In this document: positions 19,505 to 29,189 of the stretch, in pieces
Numbering within the stretch: position 1 is the stretch's first letter
How the letters are laid out: every line of letters begins with the position of its first letter
NCBI GenBank assembly: GCA_051874735.1
Contig: JBJEGD010000014.1
Location: forward strand, 1 to 50,259
Source: Candidatus Bruticola sp.
GTDB taxonomy: Bacteria > Vulcanimicrobiota > Xenobia > Xenobiales > Xenobiaceae
Reading direction: 5' to 3'
Length of the DNA stretch: 50,259 bases
Program-made: the position numbers and the translations under genes
Notes under the pieces: model-generated
The model's input: only the letters and a program-made list of their open reading frames with translations
The model's database searches: none
What the model was told of the DNA's origin: nothing

Positions 19505-20587
19505 TTAAGAATGCTGAGTCCTTTTCAGCCGGGCAAAGCCGGCCTCTAGGTAAGCTTTTTCTATTAGTGTTTCCTGGGCAAATTTCTGAGGAAAAATCAT
19601 GCTACGGCCGCGAGCAGAATCTATGAGCATATTTTTCCAAGGACCTTCTGTAAAGAAATTGTTGCGCAGACTGTTGGCAAAATGGAGTCCGCTGCGCAGG
19701 CGCATAAGGAAACTAGGATAGCGCAGATAAAGCTCTGCCGCCGAAGAGCCATCTTTCTGAGCGGTTCTTATTCTGGCTTCCCAAGTTTCCGGTGGTTTCA
19801 AATGATAAACTATAGCGTTAAGACTGAAACGGCGTTTCAACCCGAGGCGCTTTAAGCGTACCGCCAATTCGGCATCTTCCCAACGCGGAAATGTGGTATC
19901 AAAAAGACCAGCAGCTAGCAGATGATGCTTATACAAAGAAGCGTTACTAGTACAAAGATAGTTCATAGAAAAATGTTTTAGCATGGCCAAATCTTGACCG
20001 CTCCACGATTTCCAAAGACTAGAAATGCCGTTGCATAATGGGCATTTACGTTTAGCGGTAGCTGAGCGAGGAGCGCTGGTACTTAAAAAAGAGTCGGCGC
20101 TATCAACTGAGCCGACTGCTGAAGTAAGTTGGCGACAAGCTGAAGCGTGAAGTTCTTGTGAAGCGTTTTGGGCCGACTGCAGCAACTCTTCATCGTTATC
20201 TAAAGGACAGGGAAGAGCTGAGAAATTAATGACCGGACCGCGCACTACTAAATTTGGCTCAGCTCGATGCAGACGCTGATGTTCCAAAAGGAGATCAGGA
20301 TGAAGCATGACGTCATCGTCCACAAACATGCAGAACAAACCTTCAGCTTCTTTTATACCCCGGTTGCGGGCAGCAGCAGTGCCGCTGTTAGCCTGATGCA
20401 GAACTTTCATATTAAAAGGATAGTTTTCTGCTTTTAGCTCACTAGTCTCATCTTGAGAACCGTCGTCAATCAATACGACTTCAAACTGATTTCTAGGAAA
20501 ATTCAGTCTTTCCATATGCTTAAGACAGTGGCGCAAAGCGCCAATCCTATTATATGTTGGGATAATGAGGCTGAATTCTATGGCCAT
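19505..20587 (-). CDS. Glycosyltransferase family 2 (with a roughly 60-70 aa internal insertion)
   Basis: IIPTYNR, IDDGSQD, AARNRG, FVDDD, GLFD..F..WED.EL..RL. GGAG RBS. Confidence 0.88.
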   Translation of the reverse strand: MAIEFSLIIPTYNRIGALRHCLKHMERLNFPRNQFEVVLIDDGSQDETSELKAENYPFNMKVLHQANSGTAAARNRGIKEAEGLFCMFVDDDVMLHPDLLLEHQRLHRAEPNLVVRGPVINFSALPCPLDNDEELLQSAQNASQELHASACRQLTSAVGSVDSADSFLSTSAPRSATAKRKCPLCNGISSLWKSWSGQDLAMLKHFSMNYLCTSNASLYKHHLLAAGLFDTTFPRWEDAELAVRLKRLGLKRRFSLNAIVYHLKPPETWEARIRTAQKDGSSAAELYLRYPSFLMRLRSGLHFANSLRNNFFTEGPWKNMLIDSARGRSMIFPQKFAQETLIEKAYLEAGFARLKRTQHS

Positions 20588-20677
20588 AGCCTGCTAGTTC
20601 CTCCCTTATTGGTCCGCAGTTTACACAGCAGCTGTCAGTCTGCATTTCCAACTAAACAGCTGCTTTTATAAAACAAA

Positions 20678-21919
20678 CTACTTTTCGTTTTCTGCTTCGC
20701 ACTTGCGCTCCAGCCACTTGGCCTTTAGATCGAAGAAAGTTCCGTTAGCCAAAGAAGCGCGGATATTTCGCATGAGATCAAGCATAAAGTGAATATTGTG
20801 CAAGGTTCCTAAAACGCTTCCCAAAATTTCTTCCGATTTGTAAAGATGGCGTAGATAGGCACGGGAGAAATTACGGCAGCAATAACAATTACAGTTAGGA
20901 TCGACAGGCCGCTCATCGTGAGTAAATTCAGCATTGCGCAGTACGAGCGTGCCGCGCTTATTGGCTCCGGGGACGTCGTAGGGAACCAAAAGATTAGAAG
21001 TTCTGGCAAAGCGGGTGGGAATTACACAATCAAAAGTATCGATACCGCGCTGTACGCCTTCAAATAAGTCGTCAACCTCACCTATGCCCAAAAGGTGGCG
21101 AGGTTTGTTGTGAGGCAGGCCAGGAATAGTCCAATCGAGCACTTTATGCATATCGTGTTTGCTCTTGCCCAACGAACCACCGATAGCGAAACCTTGGAAA
21201 GGTAGAGAAGAAATGAACTGGACAGACTTTTCACGAAGATCTTGCCACTCTCCGCCTTGCACTATACCGTACAACGCTTGAGGTGTATCTTTTCTAGCTT
21301 CTAAACTGCGCACTGCCCAGCGATGGGTTCTCTCCAAAGATGTTGCTGTGTAATCATACGAAGCAGCTGGAGAAGTACATTCGTCAAAGGCTAAAATAAT
21401 ATCGGCTCCTAGTTGTTCCTGAATGCGAATAGAGATCTCAGGATTAAGGCGGTGCTTTGAGCCATCGAGGAAGGAACGGAAAACTACGCCATCCTCGTCG
21501 ATATGGGCCAATGGCTTGTAGGCGTCACCTTTGCGGACGTTTATATCTGCATTATTGCCGGGGAAAACTCCAATTTTTCCTATACCTAGCTGGCGAGCTG
21601 CTCCTAAAGAGAAAGCTTGAAAACCTCCGGAGTCTGTCATAACTGGACGCTTCCAGTTCATAAATTTGTGCAATCCGCCCATTTCTTCGACAATATCGGA
21701 ACCTGGACGCAGAAAAAGATGATAAGTATTGCTGAGCATGCCCTGCACGCCAAGTTCCTCTAGTTGACAAGGCATAAGTCCTTTAACCGTAGCCAAAGTT
21801 CCTACAGGTAAAAACTCAGGGGTTTCTATGCTGCCATGTGGAGTATCAATGCGTCCCAAACGGGCTTCAGTGCCTAATTCATAACGCATTTTTTCAGTAA
21901 AAGAAAAGTAATCAGCCAT
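20678..21919 (-). CDS. tgt: tRNA-guanine transglycosylase (queuine tRNA-ribosyltransferase)
   Basis: TP.FLPVGT, NTYHL, TDSGGFQ, AFDEC, GIVQGG, GGSLG, PRHLLGIG, DTFDCV.PTR, Zn site CNCYCC...HN. Confidence 0.96.
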   Translation of the reverse strand: MADYFSFTEKMRYELGTEARLGRIDTPHGSIETPEFLPVGTLATVKGLMPCQLEELGVQGMLSNTYHLFLRPGSDIVEEMGGLHKFMNWKRPVMTDSGGFQAFSLGAARQLGIGKIGVFPGNNADINVRKGDAYKPLAHIDEDGVVFRSFLDGSKHRLNPEISIRIQEQLGADIILAFDECTSPAASYDYTATSLERTHRWAVRSLEARKDTPQALYGIVQGGEWQDLREKSVQFISSLPFQGFAIGGSLGKSKHDMHKVLDWTIPGLPHNKPRHLLGIGEVDDLFEGVQRGIDTFDCVIPTRFARTSNLLVPYDVPGANKRGTLVLRNAEFTHDERPVDPNCNCYCCRNFSRAYLRHLYKSEEILGSVLGTLHNIHFMLDLMRNIRASLANGTFFDLKAKWLERKCEAENEK

Positions 21920-22093
21920 TATACAAGAACCTATAAAAAATAAATTTAAGTCTCAAAACCTTCGGCAACGGCGATACTTACAGACCAAAGTGTAAAAAAC
22001 CTGTTTAATATGCCTACTGGCTTTTATTAAGGAGGCCTAGAATTCAGAGTACCTCTTGGGAACTAGACCTCTTTCCAATAGTCGATCTTAATT

Positions 22094-23074
22094 TTAATAG
22101 AAAACAGTACGCGTTCTATGATAAGGTTTTTCCTGAGGTAAAGGCTCCTGACCTAAGTTCCATAAGAACCAATCTAGCTCTAAAGCCATTTTAGAAACTC
22201 CCATACTCTCTAGCTCGCGACGTATTTCTTCTATAGACCAGATCATACCGACGCGTATTTCCATCTCTTCCCTAGAGCCAGAGGGAAGCAACTCTTGATT
22301 GTCGACTTTTTGGGCTAAATCGGGAGCGTATTCCAAAATTCCCAGAGCTCTTAAAACTTGAGGAATTTTATAATCTGCAAATACAGTCAAAAGATGCAAA
22401 TCATGGAAATAACCCAAACCTTGGCCGCCAAAGCTGCCGTAAATGTCTACTGGAGTAATTTGGGCGCGTTTTAGAATACGAACTTCATGTCCATTCCAGG
22501 TATGAATATCTCTAAAAGAAGGGAAATATTCGACCATTAAATTAACTAGCTGGACAGCACTGCCGCCGCACGATTCTATAGCCTGAGAATACTGTCCGCC
22601 GAAATTTTCTAAAAGAACTTTGCCGCTCTGATTGATATGCTCTAAACGTTTATCTAAAAGAGGAATTTCTACTCCGTTCTGAATTCCTCTGAAAATGTGG
22701 CGCACTTGCTTAAGATCAGCTTGAGCCATCCAGTGAGCGTCATCTACGTTGATATCTTCTTCGATAGCCCTTTTAAGGGAAGCGGCTAAAGCTTGATAAC
22801 CGCCCAATATCTGTCCTTTGTACTTTATTTCCCACTTAGGGAAACCTTTATCTGGCCAGAAACAGAAGTTTAGGCTGTCTAAAAGCAAAATATAATTGGC
22901 TAATCTGCCGCCTTGGCCGTCGTAATGGACTGAGGTATCCCAAGGAGGAGTTATAAAAGGATGCAGAGCCCATTGACAACAGTATTTCTTAATAACCTCG
23001 TGATTTATGTAGACTAATTTAGACTCACGGCGAACTATCTCGGTAGTCTCCAGTACATTTACCGTAGAATTCAA
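22094..23074 (-). CDS. qng1: Queuosine salvage protein: queuosine(-5'-phosphate) N-glycosylase/hydrolase, QNG1/DUF2419 family
   Basis: DSLNFCFW, FPSFRD, KRAQI, TVFADYKIPQVL, E.EIR, LD.FLW and C-terminal HRTRTVFY motifs. Adjacent to tgt. Confidence 0.9.
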   Translation of the reverse strand: MNSTVNVLETTEIVRRESKLVYINHEVIKKYCCQWALHPFITPPWDTSVHYDGQGGRLANYILLLDSLNFCFWPDKGFPKWEIKYKGQILGGYQALAASLKRAIEEDINVDDAHWMAQADLKQVRHIFRGIQNGVEIPLLDKRLEHINQSGKVLLENFGGQYSQAIESCGGSAVQLVNLMVEYFPSFRDIHTWNGHEVRILKRAQITPVDIYGSFGGQGLGYFHDLHLLTVFADYKIPQVLRALGILEYAPDLAQKVDNQELLPSGSREEMEIRVGMIWSIEEIRRELESMGVSKMALELDWFLWNLGQEPLPQEKPYHRTRTVFY

Positions 23075-23293
23075 AACGATGTTTATTCCTTTCTTGTATA
23101 TAAATAAAAATAATACTTATGCATTAAAACTTTTATATTAAATTACGGCAAGTCCTTACGCTTTTATTTTTTTATTCGGTTCTATATTTTAACATAGAGT
23201 ATCTTAAATTTGATCGGCCGATGCATTATATACTATAATACCGGATTATGGACTGTTTATATAATTACATTTACTTTGGAGGTTGGGGACATT

Positions 23294-23884
23294 ATGTCAT
23301 TCTCTATAGTGCATAAATTGAAACGCAGGAATATACATGGCGATGCACCTGTTACCTGCATGCTTATTATTGCCGGTATTTTAATTGCTGGTATTGCCGG
23401 CTATTACATGTTTTGGCACAACAGAGCTTTAGAAAGAGCAATAACTGCCCAAGATGTAATTTCAGTTAAGAAACAGGATACGTCCTCCTTCAATAGTTAT
23501 AGGCTGCGTATGAGGGATAAAATAATTCCTACTGTAGGCATAATAATAGGCGACACTCGCAAAGCTTGTAACCCTGTTTTGAGGAATAAGGTGTCCGATC
23601 AAGAAGAAGCTCTGAGTGAAATTAACAAAGTTATCGACAGACATCGTGAGTACATCGGTGAAGTAAACGGACAGTCGTGCCCGGCCAAATATGTCGAAAT
23701 GCATAAGAACGTAGCTAAGTCTATAGGATATGCCTGGAAAGGTTCAGAAACTTGTAAAAAAGCTCTGAAAGAAAGTGATTTAGCTAAAAAGAAGATAATG
23801 CTGAAAGAGGCTAATGAAGATCTGAAAAGATCTAAAAAGTACTATAATTTAGCTTTCAGAGATTGTGTAAAAATGTTTGAGTAG
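23294..23884 (+). CDS. Hypothetical membrane-anchored helical protein
   Basis: ATG 23294 follows GGAGG/GGGG. Basic N-terminus, one TM helix, then a Lys-rich helical domain. Confidence 0.65.
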   Translation: MSFSIVHKLKRRNIHGDAPVTCMLIIAGILIAGIAGYYMFWHNRALERAITAQDVISVKKQDTSSFNSYRLRMRDKIIPTVGIIIGDTRKACNPVLRNKVSDQEEALSEINKVIDRHREYIGEVNGQSCPAKYVEMHKNVAKSIGYAWKGSETCKKALKESDLAKKKIMLKEANEDLKRSKKYYNLAFRDCVKMFE

Positions 23885-24140
23885 TAGCAAATCAAGGTTT
23901 ACAGGATAACCGTTTAATGTTAACTGTTTGACAGTTAAATAAATTCTCTAATTACAATTATAAAGTGAGCGTTCTCATTAGACAAATTAGATATGAGAAA
24001 GCTCATTTTTTTTTGCATATAATCATATGAACTATTAGTAAAGCACATTGGTAAATATAGGTTAGGCAAGGAAAAAACTGAACGATCCGCGAAAAAAAAA
24101 GGGGGGATTGTTAACTTTTGTGCTTTGTGAGGGAATTGCA

Positions 24141-27100
24141 TTGAGCGTAAGCAGTGTTATTGGTGCTTCTGTAAGCAGTGCCAAGGCTGGCCGTCTTTTA
24201 GAGCGCAACTGGCTCCAGAAACGTTTTCAGGAAGCCTGCCAAAACCATGTTCGCGTGGTTGTTTTTGCCGCTGAACCGGGAATGGGTAAAAGCTCGTTTC
24301 TCAAGAAATTAGCTGAAGAATATACCGATTCAGTTTATGTAGAGATTCGCCGTCCTCTATCCACCGATACTGCTATTGGTTTTTGGAGAGCACTCTTATC
24401 TCAACTCGATCTAGATGGAATACAGATTCCCGATACACCGTATGAAGCTGCAGTTTTAGCTAAGCAACATCTGCCCTTTACTGAAGAAGGCAAACTGCGT
24501 TTGGTAATTATTGACGCTTTGGGTCGAGCCCCCGATTTAGTAGACAATGAGGGCTTAGCTGGGTTAGACTCTTTACCTGAGGGAGTAGTAGTTGTTATTG
24601 GGACTCGTCCGGGACGCCATCTCGATATTTTGGAGGCAGCAGGAGCCCAAGTAGAATGGATTGATAGCAACTGCGCTGAGAACTTAACGGAATTAAGAAC
24701 CTGGACCCGCAATCAATTTACTGAGGCTCCAGAAGAATATATTGATAATTTTGTAAAAGGCTCTGAAGGCAACTTCCTAATTGCCCGTCATCTGCTCCAA
24801 GCTATACGCAATAAAGATATTGAACCTCACGAGTTAGAGGCAACCCCTAAGTCTCTAGAAGCGGCCCTTTCCGTGCTGTGGGAAGAGCAGTATGAACAGG
24901 CTCCTTTTGACATACACGACGACTTAGTATTTGTAGCCTGCTTGATTGCTGAAGCTGGGGAGCCTCTTCCCGCTGTTAGTATTGCCGATTTTCTCGGTTT
25001 CTCAGCTAGCCGGGTCGGACGAGTTCTCACGTATTTGCGACCTCTACTGCGTCACAATAGAGTCGATGAGGGACTTTCTTTCTTCAGCAAGCGTTTAGGA
25101 CGTCTTATATCCTGCCGGTACCGCCGCGATTTAGTGCAGGTACACGAGCAGGTCATATCTTTCTTCCGTGATTCTTATCCTTCTTGGGATGAGATGGATG
25201 ATCGCTACGGTTGGTTTTATTTGGGCTACCATTGCGATCGCTTCGCTCGTACAGCCAGACGCTGCGATTTCTCTACGCTCCATTGGCTGGGAGAAGGTCC
25301 CTATATTAGAACTAAACTTCTGAAAACTCACTCTTTAGGTGCTGTCCTAGACGATCTTTCTCGCTGTTTGCGAGCGGCTCTGCAGGAAAGAGAACTGCCG
25401 CGTATTGTCAGTTACGGATTGCGTATTCCCCGTTTGCGGGCTAAAGAAGTTATGAATGGACTTCACGATTTAGCCGATGCCGGCCAATTTGATTTGGCAG
25501 CTGACAGAGCAATGTTGTTACATCGTGAATCCTCTAAACTGAAGGCGCTCCTTCTTTTGGCCTGGCAAGCTATGGAAGAAGGACAAATTGAAGTAGCTAA
25601 GGCTCTTACAGCTAAAGCTGGCACGGTAGTTTATGCTGATATGGACCAGGAAGATCGTCTGCTCTTTGCCTTTATTATGGTTGATCTTCTTAAAATTATG
25701 CCTCTCTCTAAGCTTGAACCTATATTCTTAGCTTGCCGCGATATGAGCCACAGCTCTTCTGTTGCTTGGCGACTTAGTATAATGGCCGGACTTACTAAAG
25801 CTAAAAGATTAGAAATTCTTAAGTTGGCTTTGAGCTGTGCCCAACGTATTGGTAATAAGCAGGAAAGAGAGCGTCACATTAAGCGACTTACTGAGGATAT
25901 TGCCGCTGTAAAACGCTCAAAAGTTTGTGAATATGATCTGAGCAAAGCTCTCGTAAGCGAGGTTAATGCCGTTGAGTTTAAGCTTGATACTAATGAAGAG
26001 TTACTAAAACGAATAGCCGACATTGATAAGACTACGGAAAACGAACGGTCCCAAACTTTCCGCACAGCCTTAGAGTTTATCGGATCTTACAAAGATGAAG
26101 CTAAGCGCGTCGAAGCTATCTCCCATCTAGTAGTAGAACTGGTAAAATACAGCAATGAAAATTGGATAATTGCCTCATTTGAAGATTTAATTACTACTAT
26201 AGTTGCTCTTCATTCTCCCGTTTACAGGCAGAAAGCAATTATTGACGCTTCTAGATTGATTACTGGAGTACCGCGTACCAAAGGCTGGCGCGATGTGTTC
26301 GTGCGCCTCGATGCTGTTATTGAAACAATTGAAGATCCAGCTTTGCGCGTGGGAGCTTGGGTGTGGCTGTCTTTGGCTCGTTATGAAGCCCGCGATTATA
26401 AAGGGGCCCAAGATACGCTCAATTTGAGTGCCTCTCTGGCTTTTCATATTGCTAACCTTGAAGAGCAAGCTAAGGCTCTTTCGCTCTTATCGAGCTGTGC
26501 CGCCGCTATAGGTTGTCCGGCTCGAGCTAGAAATTTGGCTTTTCATTCCTTACAAGCTTGGGAAGCGCCTTCAGCCGTTAGAGTAGATACAGAAACTAGA
26601 GCGGCTATGGTCGTAGGTATTTCTGCTAATATCAATGAAGAGCGCTCTTTGGAATATTACGATTCTTCCATTAAAGCTGCTCTAGAAATTCCTGATATGA
26701 GAGTCAGAGCTAACCTTTTGGCAGCTTTGGCCAGTAACTTGTACAAAATGGGAGAAGACGATTGGGCACGACGCACTCAAGATAAGGCTTTGGAAGTAGC
26801 CAAATCTATGGAAGCAAACGCTTCTCAATCTATAACTTTGGCCCAACTAGCAATGCAAGAATCGCTTTGTGGCAATGTGTCTTCTTCCGACCAAATTTTA
26901 ATAGACGCGGAAGAATCTGCTCGGTCGGAATCTGTTCCTGAAAAAAGACGCGAAGCTCTTCTTACAGTAGCTTCCTCCAAGCGCAGCGGCGGTGATGAGG
27001 CCGGGGCCAGAATGTTAATTTTGGAAGTTATAAGCGAATTGGAGAAACTAGATATCCAAAATCTGCGGAAGGCTTCCGATCTTTGTATTTTGGCTAAGTT

Positions 27101-27641
27101 AATTAAAGAACCGCGTTCTAAAGAGACGCTATTAAAGCTACTCAAAAAGATTCGCCGCAGCTTAAAGGGGATGAATAGCGAAGATAAGCAGCAGACTCAG
27201 TTGCTGATTGTGCGCTGTCTGTTAGCTTTAGGGGAATATCACGATGCTGTAGCTGAGTATTTAGAAATTTCAGATGTCAAAATAAAGTCAGAAGCCAAAA
27301 TAAGCTTAGCTGTATCCATAATTAAAAATAATCCCAATATGGCGCTGCAGCTTCTGGCCGGTGTGCCTATTTTCTCCTTGCGCATGAGCGGGGTGAAAAA
27401 GTGCGCCGACGAGTTAATGAGCGATAAGTTGGCTGGCAAGCGGACTGCAGCTTTAGATACTTTAGCTGAGCTTACTATTATGGCAGCTGAAGACGAAAAA
27501 TGCGCCGATGTACTTATAGCTAAATGGGTCAGTTTGTCTAACGATCGTAAGGCCATTACAGAGTCTCTAACTAAAATCGGCTATCCTCTTAAAGATGTTT
27601 TAACCGGCCAGATTAACGAACCGACTGTAGGCCAAGATTAA
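24141..27641 (+). CDS. Large STAND/NACHT-like P-loop NTPase with C-terminal alpha-helical (TPR/HEAT-like) repeats
   Basis: Walker A AEPGMGKS, Walker B-like LVIIDALG, LP.GV....TRP, EGNFL, YGWFYLGYH, then more than 600 aa of Ala/Leu-rich helical repeats. TTG 24141 has a GAGGG RBS. Confidence 0.72.
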   Translation: MSVSSVIGASVSSAKAGRLLERNWLQKRFQEACQNHVRVVVFAAEPGMGKSSFLKKLAEEYTDSVYVEIRRPLSTDTAIGFWRALLSQLDLDGIQIPDTPYEAAVLAKQHLPFTEEGKLRLVIIDALGRAPDLVDNEGLAGLDSLPEGVVVVIGTRPGRHLDILEAAGAQVEWIDSNCAENLTELRTWTRNQFTEAPEEYIDNFVKGSEGNFLIARHLLQAIRNKDIEPHELEATPKSLEAALSVLWEEQYEQAPFDIHDDLVFVACLIAEAGEPLPAVSIADFLGFSASRVGRVLTYLRPLLRHNRVDEGLSFFSKRLGRLISCRYRRDLVQVHEQVISFFRDSYPSWDEMDDRYGWFYLGYHCDRFARTARRCDFSTLHWLGEGPYIRTKLLKTHSLGAVLDDLSRCLRAALQERELPRIVSYGLRIPRLRAKEVMNGLHDLADAGQFDLAADRAMLLHRESSKLKALLLLAWQAMEEGQIEVAKALTAKAGTVVYADMDQEDRLLFAFIMVDLLKIMPLSKLEPIFLACRDMSHSSSVAWRLSIMAGLTKAKRLEILKLALSCAQRIGNKQERERHIKRLTEDIAAVKRSKVCEYDLSKALVSEVNAVEFKLDTNEELLKRIADIDKTTENERSQTFRTALEFIGSYKDEAKRVEAISHLVVELVKYSNENWIIASFEDLITTIVALHSPVYRQKAIIDASRLITGVPRTKGWRDVFVRLDAVIETIEDPALRVGAWVWLSLARYEARDYKGAQDTLNLSASLAFHIANLEEQAKALSLLSSCAAAIGCPARARNLAFHSLQAWEAPSAVRVDTETRAAMVVGISANINEERSLEYYDSSIKAALEIPDMRVRANLLAALASNLYKMGEDDWARRTQDKALEVAKSMEANASQSITLAQLAMQESLCGNVSSSDQILIDAEESARSESVPEKRREALLTVASSKRSGGDEAGARMLILEVISELEKLDIQNLRKASDLCILAKLIKEPRSKETLLKLLKKIRRSLKGMNSEDKQQTQLLIVRCLLALGEYHDAVAEYLEISDVKIKSEAKISLAVSIIKNNPNMALQLLAGVPIFSLRMSGVKKCADELMSDKLAGKRTAALDTLAELTIMAAEDEKCADVLIAKWVSLSNDRKAITESLTKIGYPLKDVLTGQINEPTVGQD

Positions 27642-27688
27642 AAATAAGCCAATCGAGTTAAAGATACTTTTGCAGTTAATTTAGGAGT

Positions 27689-29086
27689 ATGAATATGTTT
27701 GGAGATAATCCATCTTCACTAGTTGCTGCCGCTATGGCTAGCGAAGCTAAAAGACGTCAATGCATAGCCGACTACCACGCTATGCTTGAACACATAAATT
27801 TAAGTGAGTTCGCCGGTAGTTTACAAAGTGATATGGACGAACACAACATTAAATATGGAACCCGTCCCGTTTGTCCATTTCTGCGTCCGAGTCTGGTGAC
27901 GAAAAATCAGCTTGAGCTTCTCAAGTTGAGAGTTAATAAAGTGGCTACAGCTATGCAGATCATTGTTGAATATGTTCTGCACGATGAAAAACTTCAAAAT
28001 TTTCTGGGTTTAACTGATATAGAAAAGGAACTTATATCTTTCGCTCCAGGTTACAGCGGCATATCAACAACCGCTCGGTTTGATTCGTTTATTAATGGCG
28101 GATCTTGTCATTTCGTAGAATATAACGCCGAAAGTCCTGCAGGTATAGGCTATTCTGACACTATGAGCCAACTTTTCTTGCGCCGTCCGGAGTTTCGCAA
28201 GTTTATAGAAGAGAATAATATAGAAGCTTTTGATATCTCTAAAGAACTGTTTACCGTTATTATGCGCTGCTGGGAAGAATGGAGCGGCAGCAAGACTAAT
28301 CCTGTAATTGCTATTGTAGATTTTGCTGGTGTGCCTACACGCCACGAATTTTATATCCTGAAAAATTACTTCGAAGCTCAAGGATGTCGCACTATTGTCA
28401 CCGATCATCGCAATTTGGAATACAATGGAGAATATTTAAGCTTCGAAGGACAAAAGATCGACGTACTCTATCGGCGAGTTTTGGTGAGTGAGTTTGTCGA
28501 AAAGCTAGATGAAGCGCAAGCCATGTACAAGGCTGTAAAAGACGGCAAAGTATGTATGGTCAACTCTTTCCGCTCTAAAATTTTACATAAGAAAGCTATT
28601 TTTGCCATCCTTACCGATAGCCAGTATCACAATTTACTTACTTCCGAGCAGATTAGCGCTATTAAAGAGACTATTTCGTGGACTCGCCGCTTAGCAGACT
28701 GTCGAACTACTGATCCAGATAACAAAGACATAGAACTGCTCGATTATGTGCTCCGTTATCGGCAAAATTTAGTTTTAAAACCCAACGATTCTTACGGCGG
28801 TCATGGTATTTATTTCGGTTGGGAACAAAACGAAAGCGAGTGGCGCAATTCCATCAATTCAGCTTTAGAACATGATTACTTGGTGCAGACCCGCATCCCC
28901 GTATCTAGAGAACTTTTCCCGTCTTGGAGCCAAGATAAAGGCTTAGAGTGGGGAGAATATATTGTAGACCTAGATCCTTATGCCTTTAATTACCGTATGT
29001 CGGGAGCAACCGCCCGTCTTTCGCTTTCTTCCTTATGCAATGTCACTTCCGGAGGCGGTTCTTTGCCTTGCTTCGTAATTAATTAA
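27689..29086 (+). CDS. Circularly permuted ATP-grasp ligase (glutathionylspermidine synthase-like)
   Basis: ARFDSF, EYNAESPAG, YRR, HKKAIFA, LVLKPND.YGG.G, NVTSGGG. AGGAG RBS. Confidence 0.8.
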   Translation: MNMFGDNPSSLVAAAMASEAKRRQCIADYHAMLEHINLSEFAGSLQSDMDEHNIKYGTRPVCPFLRPSLVTKNQLELLKLRVNKVATAMQIIVEYVLHDEKLQNFLGLTDIEKELISFAPGYSGISTTARFDSFINGGSCHFVEYNAESPAGIGYSDTMSQLFLRRPEFRKFIEENNIEAFDISKELFTVIMRCWEEWSGSKTNPVIAIVDFAGVPTRHEFYILKNYFEAQGCRTIVTDHRNLEYNGEYLSFEGQKIDVLYRRVLVSEFVEKLDEAQAMYKAVKDGKVCMVNSFRSKILHKKAIFAILTDSQYHNLLTSEQISAIKETISWTRRLADCRTTDPDNKDIELLDYVLRYRQNLVLKPNDSYGGHGIYFGWEQNESEWRNSINSALEHDYLVQTRIPVSRELFPSWSQDKGLEWGEYIVDLDPYAFNYRMSGATARLSLSSLCNVTSGGGSLPCFVIN

Positions 29087-29189
29087 CTATTATCTTTATG
29101 GCCTTGACCGTTTGAACTTTTAAAAGGCCAATTTATGTTTCAACATACGGTATTTATCTGTATAGATTTTTTATAAAGGAAATAATTGA

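Noticed and set aside
23294-23420. Type IV pilin-like leader (KRRNIHG followed by a hydrophobic helix)
   Set aside because: Residues after the Gly are DAPVT, with no F+1/E+5 pattern. Treated as a simple membrane anchor.
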